A stretch of DNA of 64,000 nt from contig JBQMRQ010000100.1 in NCBI GenBank assembly GCA_052174535.1, positions 6,506-70,505 of the forward strand, in the 5' to 3' direction. Made by a program: the position numbers and the translations under genes. Shown here in pieces: positions 25,454 through 37,051 of the stretch. Below the pieces are notes generated by a model. The model had not been told where the DNA came from and did not search any database. It saw only the letters and a list, made by a program, of their open reading frames with translations. The stretch is from Arsenophonus sp. NC-WZS1-MAG3. Lineage in GTDB: Bacteria > Pseudomonadota > Gammaproteobacteria > Enterobacterales > Enterobacteriaceae. Positions within the stretch are counted from its first letter, which is position 1; each line of letters opens with the position of its first letter.

Positions 25454-26134
25454 CTATGAACAATTCTGATAAAGATGATGTTTATTAACATAGCGCAAAA
25501 CGGCAGGTGGCAATATATTTTTGCAACTTTTTCTATCATGTTTTCGTTTACGAATTTCAGTTGCAGAAATATTTAATAAGGGAGTATTAGCGAGATATAT
25601 AGTACCACTTGGTTTATGACTGAATATTTCCGGCTTGTGTACTTGATGATGTATTAGCCATTCTTGCATTGAAGAAGTTAAAAAATAGGTGGCATAACCT
25701 GGACGTGCGCAAACTAATAAATGACAAAGATCTAAAATTTTCTCCCAATTAAACCAGGTATCAATCGATAGTAGCGAATCTTGTCCGATAATAAAAGCTA
25801 ATGGCTTTTGCCAACTGATTTGTTTCCGAAAAGAGAGTAGCGTTTCAACGGTATAGGAGGGAGTTGTACGTTTAAGTTCACGTGTATCAATACTAAATAA
25901 TGGATTATTTTTGATAGCTAATTTTATCATTGCTAGTCTTTGTTGAACAGTTGCTTCAGGTTGTGGGCGGTGAGGTGCTACATGATTAGGAAGTAAAACA
26001 ACCTGCTGTAAGCCGACTAGCTTAGCTAGGACTTCAACAGGAAGTAAGTGACCATAGTGAATAGGATCAAAAGTACCACCAAATAGTGCTTGAATAGATG
26101 GAAAAATAGCTCTTTTCTTAGTTTGTTTACTCAT
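25454..26134 (-). CDS. nadD: Nicotinate-nucleotide adenylyltransferase
   Basis: [18 protein letters not shown]-like [25 protein letters not shown]. Confidence 0.96.
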   Translation of the reverse strand: MSKQTKKRAIFPSIQALFGGTFDPIHYGHLLPVEVLAKLVGLQQVVLLPNHVAPHRPQPEATVQQRLAMIKLAIKNNPLFSIDTRELKRTTPSYTVETLLSFRKQISWQKPLAFIIGQDSLLSIDTWFNWEKILDLCHLLVCARPGYATYFLTSSMQEWLIHHQVHKPEIFSHKPSGTIYLANTPLLNISATEIRKRKHDRKSCKNILPPAVLRYVNKHHLYQNCS

Positions 26135-27158
26135 TAATAAAACTCTCTGACAGTGATTTACCGCACAATAGCATAGATAAAGTTTCTAACTTTGGCCAAA
26201 TTGAATGTCTATAATCTTGTTTTAAATGTAATTCAGCATGGGTAATCAACTGTATTGCCAGATGTAGTTCTCGAAGTGATAAGCGTTGTAGTGCAGCGCT
26301 AATAAGCTGGCGGCGAGATTTCCAAATTTTATACTGATCAAATAATTTTTTTAAATCTTCATCGTTATTTTGTTGTGCTAATGTCAAAAGCAATATGAGT
26401 TCACGTTGAATTATACGTAATAAAATTACTACTTCATAATCTTCGCGTTGTAATTGCTGTAGAATATGCCAGACACGTTTAATTTTACCTTCAAGTAGTG
26501 CATCAACCCAATGATAAGGTGTAAAATTAACGGTATTATTTATCGCCTCTTTAACAGAAGGTAATGTAAGATTTCCATCAGGAAATAATAGTAATAAATC
26601 TTTAAGAACTTGGTTAAGAGCTAGTAAATTACCTTCATAACAGTAACAAAGAAGCTGTTTAGCTTGCCTATCTAAGGTAATAGACATTGCTTTTGCTCGT
26701 TGAGTTATCCATTGAGGCAATCTGGATTGTTCCGGTGTCAGACAATTTATATAGACCCCATCTTTGGCCATTTTTTTGCACCAGGCACTATTCTCTTGTG
26801 CTTTAGTTAATTTGCTTCCACATAATATGAGTAATAAATCAGGATGTAATAATTCAGCCAACTTAAATAGTTTTTCTCCTATAACAGCTGTAGAGCCACT
26901 TTTAGGAAAAATTAAAATAAGAATTTGTTGGCTAGCAAATAGGCTAAATGATTGACTAAGATGATAAATAGTGCTCCAGTCTAAGGCTTCATCTAGCGAA
27001 TAAGTATGGCATTCAGAAAAACCGTGCTGTTTGGCAACTTGACAAATTTTATCCATACTTTCTTGTAATAAAAGGGGATCATTGCCAAAAATCAGGTAAC
27101 AGGTTCGCAACTTATCAAGAAGCTGTGAAATTAACTGCTCTGGATAAATACGGATCAT
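26127..27158 (-). CDS. holA: DNA polymerase III subunit delta
   Basis: 343 aa. [39 protein letters not shown]. Confidence 0.96.
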   Translation of the reverse strand: MIRIYPEQLISQLLDKLRTCYLIFGNDPLLLQESMDKICQVAKQHGFSECHTYSLDEALDWSTIYHLSQSFSLFASQQILILIFPKSGSTAVIGEKLFKLAELLHPDLLLILCGSKLTKAQENSAWCKKMAKDGVYINCLTPEQSRLPQWITQRAKAMSITLDRQAKQLLCYCYEGNLLALNQVLKDLLLLFPDGNLTLPSVKEAINNTVNFTPYHWVDALLEGKIKRVWHILQQLQREDYEVVILLRIIQRELILLLTLAQQNNDEDLKKLFDQYKIWKSRRQLISAALQRLSLRELHLAIQLITHAELHLKQDYRHSIWPKLETLSMLLCGKSLSESFINE

Positions 27159-27166
27159 TCTGAGTC

Positions 27167-27703
27167 TTAAAGCGCTTTCTCGGCAATCACTGATCCTTTA
27201 GGCTCATTATGAATAGTGATGTGCATGATTAGTAATTTCCGAATTAACTGACGAGCCACTTGTTCACGCATTTCTTGCTTAATAAGTTCGTTTTCGGCAT
27301 CTTTAGCTAATATTTCTAATGGATTTTCAAAGAAAGCGCGTTTGACATGAATTTTGATAGGATAAACTGTGCCGTTAGAGAGGATAATTTGCGCGCTGAC
27401 CCAGAAATTTAATTGTTTTTCTATACTTTTTCCGTCTTGATAGATTGAAACGGTTTTGATGTTTTCATATGAATCCACTATTTTTAATATAGGCACATTC
27501 TGAAGATTTTCATCAATTAAATTAATATTGTTTAAGCGCAATTGCTGTCTAATTGCACGTTCCAATGGGCCATAGGGATCAGCGCTACTTAATTTTAATG
27601 TTTTTAATTCTTCAGTTATCTTTGGCATGCTTTGTAAGCAAAATTTACAACTAGCCGTGATTAATACGGCTAAGTATAGAAATAATCTAATTAAATAACG
27701 CAC
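27167..27703 (-). CDS. lptE: LPS assembly lipoprotein LptE
   Basis: GTG start after an AAGGAG RBS gives MRYLIRLFLYLAVLITAS-C (lipobox), then DPYGPLERAIR. Lies between leuS and holA. Confidence 0.93.
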   Translation of the reverse strand: MRYLIRLFLYLAVLITASCKFCLQSMPKITEELKTLKLSSADPYGPLERAIRQQLRLNNINLIDENLQNVPILKIVDSYENIKTVSIYQDGKSIEKQLNFWVSAQIILSNGTVYPIKIHVKRAFFENPLEILAKDAENELIKQEMREQVARQLIRKLLIMHITIHNEPKGSVIAEKAL

Positions 27704-27722
27704 ATCATATCTCCTTATTATG

Positions 27723-30308
27723 TTAACCGACAATAAGGTTTAACAGCTTACCTGAAGCATAAATTACCTTATGAATGCTCATACCTTTAAGATATTTTGC
27801 CACACCATATTCTTGCATTGCTATAGCTAAAACAGCACCTTCTGATGCATTTATATCGATAGTAATACGCCCACGAACTTTACCATTAACTTGAATAATA
27901 ACTAATTTAGTATTATCTATTTTTATTTGTTCATCAGCAACTGGCCAAGGTGCATTATCAATATCTTCCTGGTGACCAAGTGCTTTCCACATGACAAAGC
28001 AAGCATGAGGGATAATAGGCGACAGCATCCGCACAATAACTTCTAAAGATTCTTGCATTAACGCCCGATCTTGTTCGCTATAATGAGAGGAGACTCGCGT
28101 CAGTTTATTCATAAATTCCATAATAGTAGCAATTGCAGTATTAAATGCATAATGCCGACCGATATCATCAGTTACTTTAGGAATAATTTTATGTAGATCA
28201 CGCCGTAAATTTTTCTGATCTGGCGTAAGGTTTCCTCTATCTAATAGAGATGTTTTACCTTTTTGCGTATGTTCAAAAACGGTGCGCCAAAGACGACGAA
28301 TAAAACGATTTGCACCTTCTACACTTGATTCTTGCCATTCCAAAGTGAGCTCTGGTGGAGCAGCAAACATCATAAATAAACGAACTGTATCTGCCCCATA
28401 TTTTTTTACCATTAATTGTGGATCGATACCGTTATTTTTCGATTTAGACATTTTACTCTTCCCAGAATAGAAGAGTTCATGCCCATCCTGATCAGTTGCT
28501 TTAACAATTTTACCTTTTTTATCTCGTTCAATCGTAACATGAACAGGTGACACCCAAACTCGTTGTCCATTTTTATCTAAGTAATAAAAAGAATCAGCTA
28601 ATACCATTCCTTGACATAACAAGCGTTTAGCTGGCTCATCAGAATTTACTAAGCCGGCATCACGCATCAATTTATGGAAAAAACGGAAATATAATAAATG
28701 CATAATGGCATGTTCAATACCACCAATATATTGATCAATCGGCAACCAATAATTAGATGCATTCGGATCTAGCATTCCTTGCTCATAATTAGGACAGGTA
28801 TAACGAGCATAATACCAGGATGACTCCATAAAAGTATCAAAGGTATCCGTTTCACGTAATGCTGCATAACCATTAATCTTGGTTTTAGCCCATTCTGGAT
28901 TGGCTTTAATAGGACTAGTGATCCCACTCATTACCACATTTTCTGGTAAGATGACGGGTAGTTGTTCTTCTGGTACTGCTCTGATAGAGCCGTCCCCCAT
29001 TATTAACATTGGAATAGGTACTCCCCAATAACGTTGCCGAGAAACACCCCAATCACGTAAACGATAATTAACTTTACGTTGAGCTGAACCTTGTGAAACT
29101 AGTTTATCAGTAATTGCATCAGCTCCTGTTTCGTTATTCATGCCAATTAATTTGCCTGAATTAATTAACGTATTTTTATCAGTTAACGAACCGGTTTTTA
29201 GATCGGGGATTTGGCCTTCATTATCAGTAATGATAGCCTTGATCGGTAAATGATATTTGCTTGCGAATTCCCAGTCACGCCGATCATGCTCTGGAACCGC
29301 CATTACTGCCTCTGTACCATATTCCATTAATACAAAATTAGCTACCCAGATCGGGATTTTTTTATTAGTTAGCGGGTGAATTGCAAATAAATTGGTGGCA
29401 ATACCTTTTTTCTCCATGGTTGCTATTTCTGCTTCAGCAACTTTGCTATTACAACTTTTATTAATAAAATCCCTAAGCTTAGCATTTTTTTCTGCCGCAC
29501 TTTTTGCTAACGGATGAGTTGCTGCAATAACGAGATAAGTCACTCCCATAAAAGTATCAGGTCGAGTAGTATAAACGGTTATTTTATCATCTTTATCTGC
29601 TAATTTAAAGGTAACTTCAACCCCTTCTGAGCGGCCGATCCAGTTACGCTGCATAGTTTTAATTTTCTCTGGCCAGCCATCAAGTTTATCTAAATTATTA
29701 AGTAACTCTTCAGCATAAGCAGTAATTTTTATAAACCATTGAGGAATTTCTTTACGCTCAATTGGAGTATCACAACGCCAGCAACAACCATCAATAACTT
29801 GCTCGTTAGCTAAGACTGTTAAATCATTTGGGCACCAGTTGACAGCAGAGTTTTTTTTATAAACTAAACCTTTTTCATAAAGCTTAATAAAAAACCATTG
29901 CTCCCAACGATAATATTCCGGTGTACAAGTTGTGACTTCTCGACTCCAGTCATAACCAAATCCGAGCATTTTTAATTGATTTTTCATACAATTAATATTG
30001 GTATAAGTCCAAGTAGCTGGAGCAGTATTATTTTTTACTGCTACACCTTCAGCCGGTAAACCAAAAGCATCCCAGCCGATAGGTTGCAGCACATTTTTGC
30101 CTAGCATGCGTTGATAACGTGAAATAACATCACCAATAGTATAGTTTCGAACATGCCCCATATGTAGCTTACCAGATGGGTAAGGTAACATTGATAGACA
30201 ATAGTATTTTTCTTTTTTATTATCTTCTATTACTTTAAATGTTTGTTTTTCTTCCCAATGACGTTGTACGTATTTCTCTATCTCTTCTGGTCGATATTCT
30301 TCTTTCAT
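27723..30308 (-). CDS. leuS: Leucine--tRNA ligase
   Basis: [35 protein letters not shown] at 30308 ([11 protein letters not shown]) preferred over the track start at 30350. Confidence 0.98.
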   Translation of the reverse strand: MKEEYRPEEIEKYVQRHWEEKQTFKVIEDNKKEKYYCLSMLPYPSGKLHMGHVRNYTIGDVISRYQRMLGKNVLQPIGWDAFGLPAEGVAVKNNTAPATWTYTNINCMKNQLKMLGFGYDWSREVTTCTPEYYRWEQWFFIKLYEKGLVYKKNSAVNWCPNDLTVLANEQVIDGCCWRCDTPIERKEIPQWFIKITAYAEELLNNLDKLDGWPEKIKTMQRNWIGRSEGVEVTFKLADKDDKITVYTTRPDTFMGVTYLVIAATHPLAKSAAEKNAKLRDFINKSCNSKVAEAEIATMEKKGIATNLFAIHPLTNKKIPIWVANFVLMEYGTEAVMAVPEHDRRDWEFASKYHLPIKAIITDNEGQIPDLKTGSLTDKNTLINSGKLIGMNNETGADAITDKLVSQGSAQRKVNYRLRDWGVSRQRYWGVPIPMLIMGDGSIRAVPEEQLPVILPENVVMSGITSPIKANPEWAKTKINGYAALRETDTFDTFMESSWYYARYTCPNYEQGMLDPNASNYWLPIDQYIGGIEHAIMHLLYFRFFHKLMRDAGLVNSDEPAKRLLCQGMVLADSFYYLDKNGQRVWVSPVHVTIERDKKGKIVKATDQDGHELFYSGKSKMSKSKNNGIDPQLMVKKYGADTVRLFMMFAAPPELTLEWQESSVEGANRFIRRLWRTVFEHTQKGKTSLLDRGNLTPDQKNLRRDLHKIIPKVTDDIGRHYAFNTAIATIMEFMNKLTRVSSHYSEQDRALMQESLEVIVRMLSPIIPHACFVMWKALGHQEDIDNAPWPVADEQIKIDNTKLVIIQVNGKVRGRITIDINASEGAVLAIAMQEYGVAKYLKGMSIHKVIYASGKLLNLIVG

Positions 30309-30574
30309 GCATGACACCGATATTCCTCCACTATGCTGATAATGTGGCATAAGTTGCGAACGATATAGCAGATTTAGATCTGCATAGAATAGCGAATAAA
30401 TACCTCTAATAACAAGTATTGATAACTATTTAACCGTGGAGTTAAATTAACTTTATTAATGCAAATGATGTATAGATTTAGATAGTAAAATTTTAGATAG
30501 TAGCCTATCCTGCTTTAGGCGCTATTTTAATATTATTATTTAATCGATTGGCAACTACTTTTATCATTCAATAA

Positions 30575-31050
30575 TGAATATTGATTTATATATGATCTTA
30601 ACAATAAATTTTTAGCATATTTTGCTATTAATAGCGCCGTAAAGAAATCATATTTATTGTTATTTTTAATAATTTCTTTCATCCAATAAAAATAATTCAA
30701 TGATAAACTTTTTAATAAATCCCATTTTGTTTGGTACCTATTATCATGGTTATTCCTTCATTAGCAAGTTTTACTGATCAGATAAACGTAGCTCATTATG
30801 AAATGAGCAGCTAAGCTACGCTACTTCTGGGATATTCATGAACAGAGTGTTCTTTTATACTCTGGGATATGTTAATTTTTTAGTAATTTAGCAAATGGTT
30901 CAAAATAAATATCCTTTAAAAGGATAAATTAGATAAATCAAGAAGACAATACACGAGAACTTTACATGTTTACTTCGTTTATTTATTTTAAGCATTTATG
31001 ATCTCCTTACCGGAATTGATTATGACAGACCAGCTTAATTTTTTATGATA
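30575..31050 (-). pseudogene. gltL: Glutamate/aspartate ABC transporter ATPase remnant
   Basis: Minus strand reads VKLANEGITMII...MGFIKK...LLDE, matching GltL VELANEGMTMMVV..EMGFARK...FMDE. Expected position next to leuS. 5' boundary uncertain. Confidence 0.6.
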
Positions 31051-31369
31051 CCAAAAGAGGCTATACAGAAATGCAGTGACCATGAATCAACGGTTCTTAT
31101 TTTTTCTTAACATGCAGTATCATCTGCCTCTATAGTCACGATTATCCTGGGTTTTTATCAATAACCCAAGTCATCGTTGTAACACTGAAACAACTACATT
31201 GAAGGTAGACTAAAGTCTATTTGCTGATAAATTCATCACTTATAGAGAATAGTGATAATCCCTGTTTCATTTCCCCCTAATGAAACAAATATAAAGATAA
31301 CTGGGCTGATAGTAACATAATGAATATGGGATAGGATAATGATTTTTATTTTCTTTGGTAGAGAGACCC

Positions 31370-33510
31370 TAGATGTTTTATTCACGCGCCCAAATAAATT
31401 ATTTTTTACTATTTAACGAAGGCTGGAATAAATTTCTTGAAAAACACCGTAAAAATCTCAACTCGGAAACACATTTGTCTGTTAAGCGAAACTTGCCTGC
31501 AGTACCTTGCGCCAAGGTATTCGTTAACACTGTTGTGAATTCTCCTGAATCTTCCCAGTTATATTGGCAAAGATTATTTATAGAAATCCCTTATACTGTA
31601 TGAAGAATTTTCGCTACAGAGGTTAGAATGAAAAAGCAAGCAGCCATAAAGATCAAAGAGACTATTTCCTGACTCCATAGTAACATAAATTGCATCTTAT
31701 TAATTAAGATCAGTGATATTATGTTGAATTATATTCAATAATACATTGAAGAAAGTTATTCTACTTTATTTTTCCTATGTTATGATAGTTAACATATTCT
31801 CCGTTCAGGAGATTCATTATAGTTACGATATCACTTTAAAATCCTTGATTGCAAGAAAACATTTATCAATATTACTACAAGTCAGTCATATGGCAAAACT
31901 ACATCAGAAGGATAAAAAGTTTAGTTATCTACTATGTACGTTGAATAACTTGACTATAGAGGATCCAGCAAAACAAATAGGAATTAATTTGAAACAGCGC
32001 TTAGAATTAGCGTCATTGCTTTTTATTTTAGCGGAGACAGCCAACATAAGCGCATTAAATAGCATTATTGACGTGAAAAATATTTTTCCCTGAATCCTTT
32101 AAAAGGAAGCGTTATATTTCCATATGGGAAAGGTAGAAAATGCGGAAGAGTAGGAGATAAAAGGAAAAATAAATTCCGGACTTAATCACCAGAAATTAAT
32201 AGAATCATTGTGAGTGATGAAATTATTGAATAGTTTGATGCGTAGTATATTAGCTGTATCTTAAGCCAATTATCGATAAAAACTTCATCCTTTAATTAGA
32301 TGGAGTTAAATATTATGAAACCTTTGTTAGCGAGTACGAAATTAATTACTATCACTTAACAAGGTCGGATAACTAGATAATTATTAATAAGAAATTACAC
32401 ATTCAAAATATGAACAGTTATATCAGGCGATCATTAAAGATGGGTAAGTAGATTCTGCAGTGAATAGTCGTTTTATTTACTGAATTAGCTGATCTTAATA
32501 AGATTCTTTGAATTACAAAAATTGAAATATAAATATGCTATAAATTGTGCTGCGAGCAAAGCAGCAACTTTTGCTAACATAGGTAAATTCCCACCGCCGT
32601 TTTTTCTGCTATTTCTCTAAATCAAAATCCTATAGCTCATGCTGCATCAAAACTAACGAGCAAGTAGTTAGCAGCGCAGGTTTATATTTTCCTGACTGCA
32701 ACTAGCAATACATTATTTAACTATTATTTCATTTTCTTTATCCTTTTTAACAATAATTGGCTACCACTCAATCCTCTGTTTCTCGCCACTGCTGGGTTAT
32801 ACTACAGTAAGCACGCAAACAGGGTATTGAAATTGCTATCTTCATATACCTTTTATACTTATGGTTGACAATTCAATCAACATCTTCATGTTCACCTCTC
32901 CGTTAGTCTGTAGAAGCCTGAACATTAAGAATATTACATGGCATAAGCTACTCTTAAAAAAATAGAGGGCAAAAAATTTAGCAAGGCGTTGTTGGTATCC
33001 GGCTAATAGCCGTACAGTAATAACTTAATAAATCCTAGTGTTTCCTGATCTTGAGAATATCTGCGTCAGGAAGCAACGACAAGGTTATACCTGAAGGCAT
33101 AATTCGAATGTTACTGGAAAATACACACTTCATAAAAAGATAAAAAGGGTATGACATAGTATAAATACTTCGTACACTACTTTTAAATTACCCTCAGTAT
33201 CCGCGTAAAAACTGCGGCATTGCTGATTGGGGCGGGTTGTGCTTCATTACTATGAAGCACTTCGGACTAAAGCAGTACTAGCAGAAGTCCTTAACGCAGG
33301 AATAAATGATCAGTCGCCCTATTATAGGCATAATTCGGTAAGGCCTGCTAAGATGGTACGTTATTATGATTTATAATTGAATCGTAAACAAGGGTATATG
33401 GCTATTACCAAAATATTTAAGACCTTATAAAGAGGCCTTAAAAGATAACACAGTTTTTAAAAAAACAGAAAACCGAGGTTTTCTGTTCTGATAAAAGGAT
33501 TTTCTGCGCG
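31370..33510 (+). mobile_element. IS91-family (HUH rolling-circle) relic, interrupted by IS1595 and truncated by IS256
   Basis: NEGWNKFLEKH...LSVKR.LAC (31410-31500), RFFC...KSK (32600), FFNNNW (32745), YTYG*QFNQHLHVHLSV (HUH, ~32855-32905), KYFVHYFKLPSVSA (Y2 motif, ~33165-33205), KMVRYY (~33355), RGFSVLIKGF (~33475-33505). Confidence 0.85.
31557..32584 (+). mobile_element. IS1595-family relic (copy 2), nested in IS91
   Basis: IRs agttatattggcaaag / cttttgctaacataggt. Flanks atcttccc / aaattccc (6/8 TSD). 1028 bp. AKLHQKDKKFSYL in the track ORF 31746-32093. Confidence 0.88.
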
Positions 33511-34708
33511 TTAATGCGCAGCTCTAAGCCATAACTGGACAATATGCTAAACGTGTCTTCTCGACAGGCGTTACGTCATCATCCGTAATAGTGTTTGCTA
33601 CAACAAGTCACACAGACTACCATTGCAATTTTAAAATTAAAGTGACTAAAATGGGTTAAGGTGCCATTCTTGCAACGGCAACAAAAATATGCTTTAAAAA
33701 GTAATTATCATTGTCTTATCTGAAGCTTACAAAAGCAAAGCAAAATGCTAGCGCATAGGCTTATATCTGCAAGGCAGATTCATCGGTGATTTTTACGAAT
33801 CTCTGTGGAGCTTTTTAATAAAAAGCACGTGATTTCTCTGCAAGGTAGTTATACCATACCAGAAGACTGAAATAGAAATGTCTTGAAGAGCAAAAGCAAT
33901 GGCAGCTACCTAATTTAAGCGATACGCGTTACATTTCTTTTCTGAAGATATACGCCGGCATGTTTAGGCAGCTAGGTGATCGCTTTTACTTGCTGATTAC
34001 TATTAGCGTCACTACACATTGACGTAAGAAGGGGAATTCATTGCGGTCAAAAGATAGTTATTAAAAATTAAAGGGGGAACTGGGGCGAACTTCTGGATTG
34101 ACACAAGCGCGCAGTTTAACTGCATCTCTAGGTTTACTATAGGAGACGGTGCTTTTGGTTTTTATAATGCAATGGCAAATATTCCTAAGTACGCAGTACC
34201 AATGTTGGTGATATATAAAATAGCTAATGCACTAGTTTCGTTTCCTAATGGTATACAAATAAAAGTTAAGAGTGAGGCTACTGGAGTTTTGGCTAACAAA
34301 AAGCTGTGATGCCTGCAATAAAATCTTTAATATTTTATTGGAAATAGGTTTCAGCGAATATCTTGTGGGGATGAAGAATCTGGAGAAAAAGCAAGAAGAA
34401 TGGCTGGCATATTATGATATCCTGTTGCCACTGTGCATCAATAAGAATGACGAATTCGATTGAATCAGCTTTTGCAAAAATTAGGTTATGAAACTGATGC
34501 TTGAAATACTATAGTTCGAGAAAATAATCCTTTCAATGGTATTAAAGCTATTCCCATCTTCTCAAAAAAATTGAAAACTGGCTAAATAGGGGTTTAAGTT
34601 TTTAAAAATGATAGCAACAACATCAAATTTTAAAAATCGAAAATAGATTCACAAAGCATCAAAGTATAAGATAGCATAAACACTATACATCAGATTTGCT
34701 AATAACTA
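33511..34708 (+). mobile_element. IS256-family relic (copy 6), left ~220 bp missing
   Basis: IGDGAFGFYNAMAN (~34140), NDEFD*ISF (TTNPIESAF-like, ~34445), right IR catcagatttgctaataact. Confidence 0.85.
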
Positions 34709-34760
34709 TAAATTAGGGGCAACTCCAGTATTTATTTTTCTGTCATAACTGCAAAAATAA
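34709..34760 (+). pseudogene. mutM: MutM (Fpg) zinc-finger C-terminal remnant
   Basis: aaattaggggcaactccagtatttatttttctgtcataactgcaaaaataa resembles KLGQRSTFFCxNCQK*. Convergent with coaD as in enterobacteria. Confidence 0.65.
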
Positions 34761-34781
34761 ACTTAAATATAACTCATTTTA

Positions 34782-35261
34782 TTATTTAATTTTCTGTAAC
34801 ATTGTTTTCGCTATTAGTTCTGGTAAAAAAGATGAAACATCGCCGCCATAGCGAGCAACTTCTTTAATTAAAGAAGAGGAAACAAACGATAATTTTAGAG
34901 AAGGTAATAAAAAAATGGTTTCCAAACCAACCATTAGTTGGCTATTCATATTAGCCAACTGACATTCATATTCAAAATCTGACACAGATCGTATACATCT
35001 AATCAAAATATTTGCCTTATGTTTTTTCGCAAAATTTGCCGTAAGCTCACAAAAGCTAGTTACTTCAACATTAGTTATATGTTTTGTTTGTTCTTTAGCA
35101 AAAGAAATACGTTCACTTATGGTAAACATAAGATTTTTATGCGAGCTATCAGAAATAGCCAATATTATCTGTTCAAATATTAATGAAGCACGTTCTATAA
35201 TATCTAAATGACCATAAGTTATGGGATCAAAAGTACCAGGATAAATTGCTTTTTTTTTCAT
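34782..35261 (-). CDS. coaD: Phosphopantetheine adenylyltransferase
   Basis: 159 aa. [41 protein letters not shown]. Confidence 0.97.
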   Translation of the reverse strand: MKKKAIYPGTFDPITYGHLDIIERASLIFEQIILAISDSSHKNLMFTISERISFAKEQTKHITNVEVTSFCELTANFAKKHKANILIRCIRSVSDFEYECQLANMNSQLMVGLETIFLLPSLKLSFVSSSLIKEVARYGGDVSSFLPELIAKTMLQKIK

Positions 35262-35465
35262 AAAGTTATTTTCACTAATTATCGTCTTATTTAAGCATAT
35301 TAAATAATAATACTGATAAACTAAATATTATTATTCACAATAATATCTATCATTTATTTTCTATTAAAATAAATGATAATTACTATTGTATTTTTAGTTA
35401 ATTATTAATTTAACTTTAACTAGTAAATAAAATATAAAAAATTTTTTTCTTTAATAATAGTTATT

Positions 35466-35714
35466 AACTTATGCTTATTTTATATAAGAGTTTTCGGAAA
35501 TGGGTGGTATCGTATCCTCTGATCATTGATTTCATAAATGATCTCAACAATTAAAGATGAGATGATATGTTATGAAAAGTCTACTTTACAGAAATCTATA
35601 AATAAAAGATTATTCTGATCCTTTTCATGAACTCTCTTCCGTTAATGTTCATAAGACAGCTAATAAGCACCGCGTGTTAAGGGTGATCTTGAAATCATAA
35701 TGCTGCAACAATAT
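35466..35714 (+). mobile_element. IS256-family left-end fragment (copy 7)
   Basis: Left IR-like aacttatgcttattttatataagag, start atgaaaagtctactttacag, DYSDP.HEL. Stops abruptly where copy 8 begins. Confidence 0.8.
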
Positions 35715-36989
35715 GAGTTATTAGTAAATAGTGTATAGATAGTCAGGGCTCTCTCTCACCTCACTCTGAGATTTTGTAAATCTTCTCTTCGCCCTTTTAA
35801 TATTGGATATTGTTTAGCGCCATTGTCAGTAAGTTAATTCCTTTAGTCTGCTCTAGCTATCCTGAGCAGACGGAAGCAGTTTCAATACCATTAAAAAGAT
35901 TGTTTTCTTGAACTACAGCCGATTTATAGGTCACTATCGCAAAATCCGATTAAATCGAATTTGTTGTTTTTATTGATGCCACAGTGCGATAACGGAAAAT
36001 TATAGAATTCCAGCCATTCTTCTCGCTCTTTCTCCAACTTCTTCATCACTAGATGAAGCTGAAAATCTTGCTAACAAAATATCAAGGGCTTTATTAACTG
36101 CATCTCTCTACTAATATAGCTGTATAGATCTCCCGCAATCACCATTAACTTTCGGTGTTGCATGCCTTTAGTGGGCGAAGATAATACATTAGCTACATTA
36201 TGTATCTAATAACATTAGTTCTACATATCTAGGAATATCTTTTCTATTACATTCCAAAAGCCAATGGCACCAGCTCTCCATAGCAAGCTTAAAGATACGG
36301 TTAAGTCCCCCGACATTACAGGGTAATAAAAGTTATATCCAAGTGCATTTCAATTTTTGATAATCATTTTTGACTACAATGATCTCCCACTTTATATCCA
36401 TATATCCATGCAGTGATATCGATAAATTAAAGCAGCAGGTAAAAGCGATCACCTGCCTAACAACATAGTATAACATTTGCCAACAAATATAAACGTAGCG
36501 ATATCACTTATAATCAAACAAAACAGCATTCCCTATGCCCTTTTCAAGGTATTTCCGTTTCACTATGTTGATGGGTCTTCTCTTCGGGAGAAGACATCCA
36601 TACGATTTTTACAAAGAAGCTCTTATTGGAGCTTTATAAAAATTACTGGTAGAGAAACTATTTAATGTTTTTTGCATACTTCAGATAAGGCGACGCAAGA
36701 AGTTTTAGAACGTATTCCATTGCCGTTTTAATTCTAACCTTAGGCGATTTAATTTCAACATTGCCAATACCAGTCTATATTGTTAATTGTGACAAATATC
36801 CCCCTAGAAATGAGTTCATGCAAGAGATAAGAATAATATCTGATTTTTGCGGATAACTGGGATAACTGTAGTAAAGTAGACTTTTTATGGTATATAACCT
36901 CTCTATTATTAACATTATTCACGAAATTAATTAATATAATAGAGAACAGCATCTTACAAAACTTGATACACCAGAAATAAGCATAACTC
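35715..36989 (-). mobile_element. IS256-family relic (copy 8), with internal deletion
   Basis: IRs gagttattagtaaatagtgtat / atacaccagaaataagcataactc. 1275 bp. Confidence 0.85.
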
Positions 36990-37051
36990 CTTTTATTATT
37001 CACTATTACAATTTTAAATAAAAATAACCAGTAAAATAGATTCTACTTTCA

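Noticed and set aside
31373-32093. Track ORFs of 76 aa and 115 aa
   Set aside because: They are chance open stretches of the IS91 and IS1595 relics, not independent genes.
31370-35261. IS91 one-ended transposition as the mechanism that captured coaD
   Set aside because: IS91 read-through mobilises DNA beyond the terIS side, upstream of tnpA. coaD lies on the other side, behind an IS256.
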